Positions 39,319 through 53,139 of a stretch of DNA of 64,000 bases are shown piece by piece. Position 1 is the first letter of the stretch. Each line of letters opens with the position of its first letter. This DNA comes from Eledone cirrhosa (taxonomy: Eukaryota), in assembly GCA_964016885.1 (NCBI GenBank), contig OZ024750.1, forward strand, positions 16,554,001 to 16,618,000, written 5' to 3'. Made by a program: the position numbers and the translations under genes. Below the pieces are notes generated by a model. That model did no database searches. It was not told where the DNA came from and worked only from the letters and a program-made list of their open reading frames with translations.

Positions 39319-39373
<55 letters not shown>

Positions 39374-39557
39374 CACTCACTAACTAGATATCAATTGCAA
39401 AATGCATTCAAATATTCACACAGATGTGTAAATAAACCATGCATAACAAAGCAAACACACACACATATATATGTGATATATATGTATGTGCATGTGTGTG
39501 TGATATATATATATATATATGTGTGTGTGAATATATATATGTATATATGTATGTATG

Positions 39558-39619
<62 letters not shown>

Positions 39620-40414
39620 GATGCGTGTAATTAAAAAGAAAAAGAAATAAGAAAGTTTGTACATGGATTGTAGAGCTGAGTAAGGGAGTGTTCTTTGTTT
39701 GAATTAAATTCTATATCATTAGCAGATTTATTTGAAAATGTAGAAAGTGATATGAGAAGCTGTCTGTTTCTCTGGTTTTGTTTTGTCTTTTCTCATGCCA
39801 TCTCTTGAGTAAACTGTTTATTAGCGAGAATTCAAAGTTTACTGTGCATGTCCAACTGATGCTCACAAGAGGAGGGTAAAAATAAACATAAACATTTAAA
39901 TAAATAAAAAAAAAAACCCATTAAAATAAAAAAAATAACACAACATAGCAAACAAAATGTCCCAAATTATATGAGTTAACTTGAATAACAATTATTATCT
40001 TGGTGGTTTATTTAACTTTATGGAGTTACTTCCCCCTTGTTAGTGCTATAGCTTTCTTTCATGTTTTTTTCATTTTGTTATATGATTACAATTATATATA
40101 TTTTTGTATATATCTGATGTACAAAGAGAAATTAAATTGAATAACAGCCACAAAGTTCTATGTTCGATCTTACTGTGTGGCATTTTAGGGACATGTTTAT
40201 TTTTTTTTACTTTAGATTTGCAAGTGGGCCGACTCGAGCCTTGTGAGTGAAATGCAAATTTTGGTTGGCAGAAACTGTTTCAAAGCCTTTCAGTTGAGCT
40301 ATAACTATAATTTATCTAACTGCATCAAGTTATTTCCATTCCTTGTGCAGTTACAGCTTTCTTTTGGGTCTTCAATTTTGTTGTACAATTAATTAACTTT
40401 GTTTATTTATATTT

Positions 40415-40473
40415 GCTGTTATATACATTTCGGTGATAAATATTATGCAACAGCCATGACCTCATCAGACAGC
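40415..40473 (-). ncRNA. Type I hammerhead ribozyme
   Basis: Minus strand: GCTGT CTGATGA GGT...ACC GAA ATGTATAT A ACAGC; helix I 5 bp, helix II closed by G-C, self-complementary helix III, AUA triplet. Confidence 0.8.
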
Positions 40474-40574
40474 TAGAACTTGAACAGAAAAAAACAGAAA
40501 AACATAACGATGGGATAAAGCTTACTTCTGTTATTTCAATTATTTTTTTATATGCTCAGATAAGCCTTTTCCTT

Positions 40575-41200
40575 TCCCAGGAATCTCCATAGAAGTAGTT
40601 GATAGCTTTTGTTGTCTAGGTGTCCTAATTAGCAGTGGTGGCAGTTTTCAGAAAGTGTAGTAGCTAGACAAAGTACAATGCTAGAAAAAGTTCAGGGAGC
40701 TACATACTTCTATTGACAACAAAATGTTTCTCTCTCTGTATAAAAGACTGGCCGTATGCTGCCTGTGTGCAAAGTGCACTGTTGCATGGAAGTGAAATAT
40801 GGGCAGTAAATCAGAGAATATGCAAAGGCTGGAGTGAAGTTAAGTGAGCATGCTTCAATAGTTGTTGGATGTTAATTTGCATGTACGGCAAAGCATAGAT
40901 GAGCTGAGAGAGAAACTGAGTATAAGATGAATCAGATGTAGCATGGAAGAGAGAAGACTGCAATGGTATGACCATAAGATGTGCATGGAGCATGATTATT
41001 GGCTGAAAAGGTGCCTGGAGCTCCCAGTGGAAGGAAGCTACAGTAGAGGAAAGTCAAGGAAAATCTGGGCAGAAGTGTTAAGCGCAGATCTTAAAATGCT
41101 GGACCTCACAGAGATGACTAAGGAATCCATGTGGAGCGAGGTTGTGCTGGAAATGACACATCCAGTCCTTGCAAGCATGGAAAAATAATGGACATGATGA
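40575..41200 (+). mobile_element. RTE LINE remnant
   Basis: IEVVDSFCCLG, LLHGSEIWA, LREKL, ERRLQWYDH and RGKSRKIWAEV, with frameshifts. Confidence 0.85.
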
Positions 41201-41706
41201 TGCCAAGACTACTAAGAGCATTAGATATCTTGCCATTAGAAAATATATCTGGCCTAAGAAAACCTCTTTAACCATTTAGGATTTACATTACTCTATATAT
41301 ACTATTGTATTGTTGCGGTAAAAGCTTTATCTCATATAATTATCTCAAATAATATTGAATCTACGAGATTTTGATGTTATTTATTTTGAGAATAATACCG
41401 TAAAGTCAGTTTGAGGGGACAGTTACAGCCAATTTGAACAGAAAGATGTGAGAGAATTCTGGCTGGATATGGCCGGTTTAAATGGTAAAGGGTTAAAATG
41501 TCTTGTACAACCCACACCAGCATGGAAAAGCATATATAAAACAAAAATGATGATATATTTGTGTGTTTGCATTTGCACGTGTGTGTGTTTGTGTGTGTAT
41601 ATATATGCAACCATATACAATGCGGTTGGTTGTGTGTGTGTGTGTATGTATATATATATGCATATATATATAAATACATGCACACACACACACATATATA
41701 TATATG

Positions 41707-41749
<43 letters not shown>

Positions 41750-43027
41750 GTACACACACAACCATATAGAGTGTGGTTGGTTGTGTCTGTTCCATAATCA
41801 TCTATTAAAGCTGTCCAGTGGAGTGTGATATTTGTGGCATTGCTGTTCACAAGTGGAAACTACTGGTCATTCAATTGGTACATATGTAAATAATTAGTGG
41901 ACATTTCCTACTGATGATGATGATGGTGGTGGTGGTGGTGATTATAGTGAGATAGGGAGAGGGGTAGGCAGTGTGGTGGTTTTGGTGTGGTGGTGATGTA
42001 GTAGTAGTGGTGGTGGTGTTTGTGATGTAGTAGTGGTGGTGTTTGTGATGTGGTAGTGGTGGTGGTAGTGGTTTTGGTGAGGTGGTGGTGGTGTTTGTGA
42101 TGTAGTAGTGGTGGTGTTTGTGATGTGGTAGTGGTGGTGGTAGTGGTTTTGGTGAGGTGGTGGTGGTGTTTGTGATGTAGTAGTGGTAGTGAGGTGGTGG
42201 TGGTGGTGTTTGTGATGTAGTAGTAATGGTGGTGGTATTTGTGATGTGGTAGTAGTGGTGGTGGTGTTTGTGATGTGGTAGTGGTGGTGTTTCTGATGTA
42301 GTAGTGGTGGTGTTTGTGATGTAGTAGTAGTGGTGGTGTTTGTGATGTGGTAGTGGTGGTGTTTGTGATGTAGTAGTAGTGGTGGTGTTTGTGATGTGGT
42401 AGTGGTGGTGAGGTGGTTGTGGTGTTTGTGATGTAGTAGTAGTGGTGGTGGTGGTGTTTGTGATGTAGTAGTAGTGGTGGTGGTGGTGTTTGTGATGTGG
42501 TAGTGGTGGTGTTTGTGGTAGTGGTGGTGGTGGTGGTGGTGGTAGTGGTTTTGGTGTGGTGGTGGTTGTGGCAGGGTGGTATTGATGTTGTGGTGGACAG
42601 CAGTGTAGATAGTGGTAATGGTGATGGTGGTGGTGTTTGTTGTTCTGGTGGTGGTGGTTGTGGTGTTGGTGTTGTTTGTTGTGGTGTTGTTCATTGTGGT
42701 GGTCTTATTGGTTGTTGTGATGGCGGCAGTGGTGAGGTTGGCCGTTGTAATAGTGGTGATTGTTGTGGTGGTGCTGGTTGTGTTGTTGTTGTTGTTGTTG
42801 TTGTGGTGGTGGTGTTGGTATGGTGGACAGTGGTAGTAGTGGTAGTGGTGGTAGTAGTGGGGCTTATCTCTTCCCTAGACAAGCTACCTGTAGATAATTG
42901 ACACAGGTAAGACAATTAAGGTACCCACTATGATAGAGGAAGTGTGTGTATATATATATATATATATATGTTTGTACTAGTGTGTTTGACTGTGTGTGGT
43001 GGTGGTTTAAGTGTGTGTGTTTGTGGT

Positions 43028-43063
<36 letters not shown>

Positions 43064-43990
43064 TGTACTAGTGTGTTTCACTGTGTGTGGTGGTGTGGTG
43101 ATGGTACGTAATGGTGTGTATGTGTATTTTGGTTGTGGTGGTGGTTTAAGTGTGTGTGTTTAGTGATGGTAGTGTGTGTGTGTGTGTGTGAGACCTAATG
43201 CTGTGACTGTATATCTACTTTCCTGAGAGGCTACCACTACATGGTCACTGTACATGCTAAAAATAATAGCCAATCCTTCCTGCACTCTTTCTGACACAGC
43301 AAGGTATGATATATGAAAATGTTTCTGTATATGATGAGTCTTGCAACATCAACATGACAGTACCATCCATACTACCACCTAACTACCATTGCCACCACCA
43401 TAACTACCACCTGATCACATACCACCACCACCACCACTACCTCAAACACTTGACCACCATGACTACCACAAGCACCACCACCACCACCACCACCACCACC
43501 ACCACCACCACAAACAGTGCTCCTCCCCACCACTTCCACCATGTGAACACATCTCCACCACCACCCACAAGGCTCCTCCCCACCACTGCCACAATGACAA
43601 AATGTCTCCATCATCATCACCATCAAGAAGAAGAACAACAACACTCTTCCCCACCATTAGAACCACCTGACCACATCTCCTCCACCCATCACCCTCCCAT
43701 TCCGAAACAGTACAACTGAGTCGTTAACATCTAATTATGTTATGGTGATGCAAACACCCATATACATACACGTACATACATACGCATCCATATACACACA
43801 CATACGCCCATATACACACACATACAGACACATACAAGCACACATATACACACATACAGACACATACAAGCACACATACACGCACACACACTGGTCAAGG
43901 CAGTTGTTTGATGAACATATACATACACATACATGTGTGTGTATATTTATCTATATATATATACACATGCACACACAAACACACATATAC

Positions 43991-44029
<39 letters not shown>

Positions 44030-44607
44030 CACACACACTTACACACATGCATACATATACCTTTCTGTGTGCACGTGTTTACGTATATATATATATATAT
44101 ACATTCATACAAACATCGGTCAAGGCAATTGCTTGATAATACAGACACACATGTATATATGATGCACACACACACACATTCACATATTCACATGTGTGTG
44201 TAAACACACACGCATCCTTATATACAAACCCATACACATATACACAGACACACAGACATACACACGGAGATGTTGGTCAACTCAGTTGTTCATTCATGCC
44301 TTATGTTTTTGCTATTGACCAGTCATTGCACATCGTCTTCAATTTAACCAGTGTCCTGTTTAACAGACCAGTGGTCAGCTGTAAATATCAATATAGTTAT
44401 ATACAAATGCCTTGACCCACCACACACTCATGCGTGTGTGTGTATGTATAAATATATATGATGATGATATATTTGTATGTGTGTTTTAACACACACACAT
44501 ACAAATATGTGGGTAACACACACATATATATGTATATATATATATATATATAATTATATATTATGGAATACTGTTGGCTTCTTGCTACAATACTTTCTAT
44601 ACCTTTC

Positions 44608-44670
<63 letters not shown>

Positions 44671-44770
44671 TATTGAAATTTCCGTTGAAAACAGAAAAGG
44701 TCATAGAAGTGAAGAGTGCTCTATGTAAGTATCAGAGCAAAATTTAATGTATAAAAATCAATACAATATA

Positions 44771-44848
44771 ATTACCTCATTACCAGAGGTTTCCCGAATG
44801 AGGCGAATACGAAAGAAACGTCTTCATTCGTTCGTCAGACGAGGCAAT
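44771..44848 (-). ncRNA. Type I hammerhead ribozyme
   Basis: Minus strand: ATTGCCTCGT CTGACGA A CGAATGA...TCATTCG G GAA ACC-TCT-GGT A ATGAGGTAAT; 10-bp helix I, A.G mismatch at the base of helix II, GUA triplet. Confidence 0.8.
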
Positions 44849-45533
44849 ATAAAACATGGGTAAATACTTGGAAAGTCTCAAGAAAAGCAAAAAAAAAAAA
44901 AAAAAAAAGATATAGACAAATGAATTAGAATATGAAATATATAATAATCTTTCAAGAAATATAGTTAGGTGTGTGTATATGTATGTATATACGCTCACAG
45001 ATGTGCATATATGTGTATACACATATGTATACGTATAGTGAAAAAGTGTGCGTAAATATATAATTTAGGGCAAATGTATCTGTATGTCTGTAATCTACAG
45101 ACAGAATAGATACATCATAAGAATATGAAGGCGCGCGCATAAACACACCTACACACACGAAAACTTATATGCGGAAGTAAAAGAGGTAAGGGATTGTCAT
45201 AATTAAAGGAAAGTATCAATCTCGATATATTTATAAAAATGGAACAATAATTTAGAAAGAAAAAATTAAAGAAAAGAAGAAAAAAAAGGTACATACATAT
45301 ACACACACGTATATCTCACAAAAGAAACGCAAAAATATACATGCTTATATACACACGCACACTTACACATCCATACATTATATATATATATATATAACGA
45401 AGGAAATGTGGTAAGTAACCAGGTGGACCATAACGCACCAAAGTACTCAATACTTAGGGTAGTAGAGTGGGTAATAGGAACGAGTAGGACCCCGACGGCT
45501 AAGCTCAAGCCGTTTCGATGGCTAATTCTGGAC

Positions 45534-45570
<37 letters not shown>

Positions 45571-45724
45571 TGTGTGTGCATATTTATGTGTATATATATA
45601 TATATGAGACACAGATGCACATACTTATATAAACACTGTCCTTACAATATTCTCTCATTATTCTCTACCATTAATGATTAAAGCTTTTCATGAGAATTGT
45701 CTTACTATATATATATATATATAT

Positions 45725-46322
<598 letters not shown>

Positions 46323-46394
46323 ATACACATATATATATATGTATTTATTTCGGCCACGTATGGCTAACATAACATCCAGTCCGAAATAAATGAG

Positions 46395-46640
46395 GTTGTG
46401 TAGGTGTCACAAAAAAAAAACACACAGACCACGCTGTTATGTGGCCGTGTAGGTAACACGGTAAAAACCTCCCAGTCCACACTGTAAACGTGGTTGGTGT
46501 TAGGAAGGGAATCCAGCTGTAGAAAACCCGCCAGACAGTCCTATACGAGCAAGACAACCAATCTTGCCTCAAGTGGGAAAACTCCCGTCCAAACCCATGC
46601 AAGCGTGGAAGATGGACGTTTAAACGATGATGATGATGAT
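46395..46640 (+). mobile_element. SINE family C 3' portion with a (GAT)n tail
   Basis: CACTGTAAA..GTGGTTGGTGTTAGGAAGGG...CCCATGCAAGCGTGGAAGATGGACGTTTAAACGATGATG. Other copies 16440-16885, 21000-21250(-), 23890-24260(-), 29105-29355(-), 52290-52435. Confidence 0.8.
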
Positions 46641-47008
46641 GTATGTAAAAGGTTAACAGAAATAACAACACAATCGGAACAGTATATGGAAGGGATGTAT
46701 TAGGTTAACGCCTGATATAGCAGGAAGAGGGTCTTAACGTTTCGGATGTTAGTCCTTCATCAAAAGAAAGAATGAGAAATAAGATAGATTGTAGGGACGG
46801 GCAGGGTGGAATTGGAAAAATGTCTTTAGATAAAAATAACAGGTCCATTCATGTTGACATCTCTTTGAAAACTGTTGGTGCTGGCGTTTTGTGTATGATT
46901 TATTTTTTTAGAAAAGTGAATGATGGAGCGTGTCTACCTGAAATGGGAAAAAAAAACACATTTTATAAAAAGAGCTATACTTATGCACGTGCAATATGTA
47001 TATATATA

Positions 47009-47068
<60 letters not shown>

Positions 47069-48142
47069 TATATATCATCATCCTCATCATCATCATTTTA
47101 CGTCCGCTTTTCCCTGCTTGCAAGGGTGGGACGGGAACTGATTCTGGCTTGATTTCTACAGCTGGATGTCCTTCCTAACACCAACCTCATTTACAGTGAG
47201 TGCTGTATATATATATATAACAAAGGAAATGTGGTAAGGAACCAGATGGACCATAATGTACCAGAGTACTCAATACTTAGGGTAGTAGAGTGGGAAATAG
47301 GAAAAAATATGAAAAAGTATGAAATAGCCGTCGAAACGACTTGAGCTCTGCCGTCGGGGTCATACTTTTTCCTATATATATAGGATATTTCATATCATTC
47401 TAATACAAAGGTCTGATGACATGGTGTGTTGGCTTACAGTGTACTTTCGGTTTTTGATAATATTTGTGTATTATTCAAATAGCGAGGTATAGGTAACTCA
47501 TACACTATAGAAACAATTGTTACCTAATAAATTCTATATACCCGCATTTCCATTTCGTAAATTTTTTCTCCATATATATATATATATATATATTAAAATA
47601 TAGATGCTGTGCTGAAGAGGATCCGTCCCACCATTACAAACAGGGATTACTTGGCACTTCTTCACCCAGCAGTCATCATCCATGTGCATGACATATATAT
47701 ATATATTTATATATAGCCTGTTCCAAGCCCTGAGGTTGATCAGGCTGGAGCCCATTCCGGGTTTATTAGCATTAAGCAACTAAGAGTATAAGAGTCCCTT
47801 TGGACAAGATGCCAGTCCAACACAGGATGAACTCTTGCCTGTTGCTGGTACACATTTTCAACTGTGTTGATTAGAGCAACAGGAAATGAAGTGCTTTGCT
47901 GAAGACCACAATGCACTGGAATTAAATCCATGCCATTAAGATTCTAAGCCCAACACTGTAACCACTAAGCCATCATCTTCATACATACACACACAGACAC
48001 AATATGGACACAACAACAACAACAACAACAACAACACAACAAACCTACAACATAACTAATAGCATTTCTCTCTAAAAACATTTCTATATTACACGCACAA
48101 ATTGGCTCTCCATATAATATAATATTACTCTCTCTCTCTCTC

Positions 48143-48235
<93 letters not shown>

Positions 48236-48253
48236 CACACAAACACAACACAC

Positions 48254-48295
<42 letters not shown>

Positions 48296-48644
48296 TAGTT
48301 TGTGATTATTAACATACACAAATATGTTTGTTAAAATCCTCCTGAAAAAAGGGAGAGAATGTAAACACTTGAAATAGAGAGAAATGGTACTGGGTCTTGG
48401 GCATTGTTTTTTTTTTTTTTTGTTCTTCTGCAGAGTATGTATGGTGGTGGGAGTGGGGATGGTGATGTGTGGTGGTGGTGGTGGTGGTGGTGGGGATGTG
48501 TGTGGTGGTGGGACTGGGGACATGTTTGTTGAGATTCTGTTTTGTTGTTGTATTGTTGTTTATTTATATTTTGATAAAGTAATGGAAAAAAAAATAATGG
48601 AGAAAATACTGAGAAAATAACATAAGGACAACGAGAATTGTATT

Positions 48645-48691
<47 letters not shown>

Positions 48692-48965
48692 GTATATACA
48701 TATGTATGTATATGAATATGTATATATATGTATATATATACATACAAATTGAACATCAAACTTGTAAATAGAAAGGATAGTTGCCAAAACTTCACAAAAA
48801 AACATCTCATTTTGTCAGATTTATTATATATTTAGTTAGTTGTGTGTGAATGTGTGTTTGTATATATACACATACACACATATCTACATATATATATATA
48901 CATATGCATATATATACATATATATATATACATATATATACATATATATATATGCATATATATAC

Positions 48966-49020
<55 letters not shown>

Positions 49021-49048
49021 CATATATATACATATATCTATATATATC

Positions 49049-49079
<31 letters not shown>

Positions 49080-49151
49080 CTATATACATCTATATATATA
49101 TATATATACATATATATACATATACATATATATATATATACATATATATAT

Positions 49152-49196
<45 letters not shown>

Positions 49197-49412
49197 TATA
49201 TATATATATAGATATATATATATATTCATGCAAATAAATATCAACATACTCATTTGCCCGAAACATAGTTTGTATAATGTTGGGAGGCTGGAATGTGTGG
49301 CAAGAGAGTCTAAGAACTGTCCATTCTATACCAGTATCGGGGAGGAAAAAATATGGACATAAAATGATTATGATAATGATATACACACACATACATATAT
49401 ACATGCACACAT

Positions 49413-49453
<41 letters not shown>

Positions 49454-49747
49454 TATATATATATATATTTATATATATATATGAATATATATATATATTT
49501 ATATATATATATGAATATATATATATATATTTATATATATATGAATATATATATATATATTTATATATATATATGAATATATATATATATATTTATATAT
49601 ATATATATGAATATATATATATATTTATATATCATCATCATCATCATCGTTTAACGTCCATCTTCCATGCTTGCATGGGTACATATATATATGAATATAT
49701 ATATATTTATTTATATATATGAATATATATATTTATTTATATATATA

Positions 49748-49787
<40 letters not shown>

Positions 49788-50123
49788 CTATATTTATATA
49801 TATATTTATATATATATTTATATATATATTTATATATATATTTATATATATATTATATATATATTTATATATATATTATATATATATTTATATATATATA
49901 TATGAATATATATTTATTTATTTATATATATATTATATATATATATTTATGTATATATATATATATATATTTATTTATATATATATGAATATATATATAT
50001 TTATTTATATATATATATAAATATGTATATTTATATATATATATATATATAAATATATATATATTTATTTATATATATATATAACCCATGCTAGCGTGGA
50101 AGATGGACGTTAAACGATGATGA

Positions 50124-50170
<47 letters not shown>

Positions 50171-50278
50171 AGGAGAATGTTTCATCGTTAAGTTAGAGAA
50201 ATAATTGCCTAATAATATGTGCATTGCATTTATATATTTATATTGTGTGTGTATCTATCTATCTATTTATATCTGTTG

Positions 50279-50331
<53 letters not shown>

Positions 50332-52560
50332 TTACACATGAATATAAATATATTTATATATACATTTATAGTTCTGTGTACAGTTCCACTGTGTTACAGT
50401 TGTTGAAGGCACACATTCACTGCTGTATGTTTCTATATGACTGGACACTCATATAGAAGAGTCTGTATCGATGGGTGTTGACACAAAATTCTATGAGCGT
50501 AAATAGAAAACTTGAGAAAAAAAACACGCGCACCAAAAAATAGTTAGGTTTTACTTTGTATTTTGTGGTTCACATAACAACATTCGTTGCCCTTAATATC
50601 ACCCTTATTATTTGGTTTGGCAGTATCGGTAGAGCATCAGACACCTTGCTTTGCAGCATAGAGTTACGCCCCTTTACGATCTGAGTTCAAATCCCGCCGA
50701 GGTTAACTTTGCCTTTCGTCCTTACGGGGTCGATAAAATAAAGCACCAGTAATGCACTGGGGTCGATTTAAACGATTTTCCCCTCCCGCCAAATTCCTGG
50801 ATTTGTGCCTATACTAGAAATCATTAATTGGCGGAATTGGTTGAGGGTCGGACACCATGTTTAGCGGCCTAGAGTTGCGGCCCTTTACGATCTGAGTTCA
50901 AATCCAGCCGAGGTTATCTTTCCATTTCATCCTTACGGGGTTGATAAAATAAAGTACCCGTAATGCCCTGGGGTAATTGCTGGCCTTGTGCCAAAAGTAG
51001 AAACAATTATTATTAAACTCCCACTGGCTGTCCATATCCTCTACATGTCGGCCCTTGTGGTCAATAAATAAAACCATCATTGTCATTGTTGTTGTTGTCA
51101 ATGTCGTTGTTTGTTATCAATAATAATTGTTTCTACTTTTGGCACAAGGCCAGCAATTACTCAGTACATTACTGGTACTTTATTTTATCGACCCCGTAAG
51201 GATGAAAGGCAAAGTTAACCTCGACGAGATTTGAACTCTGACCATAAAGGGACGTAACTATGCTAGAAAGCATGGCGTCCGACCCTCTACCGATACTGCC
51301 AGTTCACCGCCCTAATAATTGTTTCTACTTTTGGCACAAGGCCAGCAATTACCCAGTGTATTACTGGTACTTTATTTTATTGACCCCGTAAGGATGAAAG
51401 GCAAAGTTAACCTCGGCGGGTTTTGAACTCAGAATGGCAAGGGCTGTAACTCTATGCGTCAAAGCATGGCGTCCGACCCTCTACCGATACTGCCAATCAA
51501 CTGCCCTCCATTATTATCAATAATAATGAATCTCATCACCACCATCTCCATCTCTGTACAATTCCTATAGTGTTCGTGGAATTTCTGAAAACCTTCAAAA
51601 CTATGCGACACTGGTTTATTAAATTATGGAATTCATTTTCATTTCATTTTACGTCCGCTTTTCCCTGCTTGCAAGGGTGGGACGGGAACTGATTCTGGCT
51701 AGATTTCTACAGCTGGATGCCCTTCCTAACACCAACCTCATTTACAGTGAGTGCTGGGTGCTTTTTTGCCGTGGCACCTCCACGTCCACTTTGCAGTGGA
51801 ATGATAGGGACCCCAGTCCCTATCATCTCATTTCTACAGCTGAGTAAACTGGAGCAATGTGAAATAAAGTGTCTTGCTCAAGGAAACAACACATCACCCG
51901 GTCTGAGAATTGAACTCACAACCTTTCGATTGCAAGGCCAATGGCTCTAACCACAAAGCCATGATAGGTTGAATTCAATGAACAAACTCTCAGTCGGATT
52001 CGACGATGATCATTCAAGTTGTTTGATCAATAGAACAGCCTGATCGTGAAATTAATGTGTAAGTGGCTGAGCATTCCACAGACATGTGCACCCTTAACCC
52101 TTTAACATTTACATTACTCTATCTATATTATTGTAATTTCACGGTAAAGTATTCACCTCACATAATTATCTCACATAATATCGAGTCCATGAGATTTTGA
52201 TATTATTTATTTTGAGAACAATACCTTAACATCAGTATGAGAGGCCAGTTACAGCCGGTTTGAACAGAAAGAGGGAAGAAAAAAAAAGGTCCCAGTCCAC
52301 ACTGTAAATGTGGTTGGTGTTAGGAAGGGCCTCCAACTGTAGAAAACCTGCCAGATAGTCCTATACGAGCGAGACCACGGTCACCCGTCTAACCCATGCT
52401 AGTGTGGAAGGTAGACGACGATGATGATGATGATGATATATATATATATATAATTGATGTATATATATATATAAATATATGTGCATGTATGTATATATAT
52501 ACATGTGTGTGTGTATATATATATATAATTGATGTATGTATATATAAATATATGTGCTTG

Positions 52561-52597
<37 letters not shown>

Positions 52598-52630
52598 GAT
52601 GTATGTATATATAAATATATGTGCATGTAC

Positions 52631-52666
<36 letters not shown>

Positions 52667-52859
52667 GATGTATGTATATAGAAATATATGTGCATGTATG
52701 TATATATATAGATTAAAATACAAATATTAATAAAATAGACGTTCTTTTGATCAATTAAATTTTATTATACATATTTCAGAAGTACAACAGTACGTCCTCA
52801 CTACCTTGATTAAATCTTAACCATTTAACATCTCAGGGTATGTCATGTATCATTATATT

Positions 52860-52906
52860 TTGTCTGATGAGGACGTACTGTTGTACCTCTGAAATATGTA
52901 TAATAA
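52860..52906 (+). ncRNA. Type I hammerhead ribozyme
   Basis: TTGT CTGATGA GGACGTAC-TGTT-GTACCTCT GAA ATATGTAT A ATAA. The inverted partial copy upstream preserves a longer helix I partner (ATAAAAT). Confidence 0.7.
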
Positions 52907-53079
52907 TTTTTAATTGATCAAAAGAACATCTATTTTATTAATATTTGTATTTTAATATTAATAACTCTGGAAAATATATCTTGTTGAGTGCTTCCAATCT
53001 ACTGTAAAACTCTTTCTTTGATGTACTCATTGAATTTTGTTTAACTCTTTAATATATATATATATATATAGGAAATAGG

Positions 53080-53139
<60 letters not shown>

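Noticed and set aside
49630-50128. Inverted SINE/RTE tail fragments around a pure AT tract
   Set aside because: Short, very common tail sequence; could be chance adjacency or assembly error in an AT-only region.
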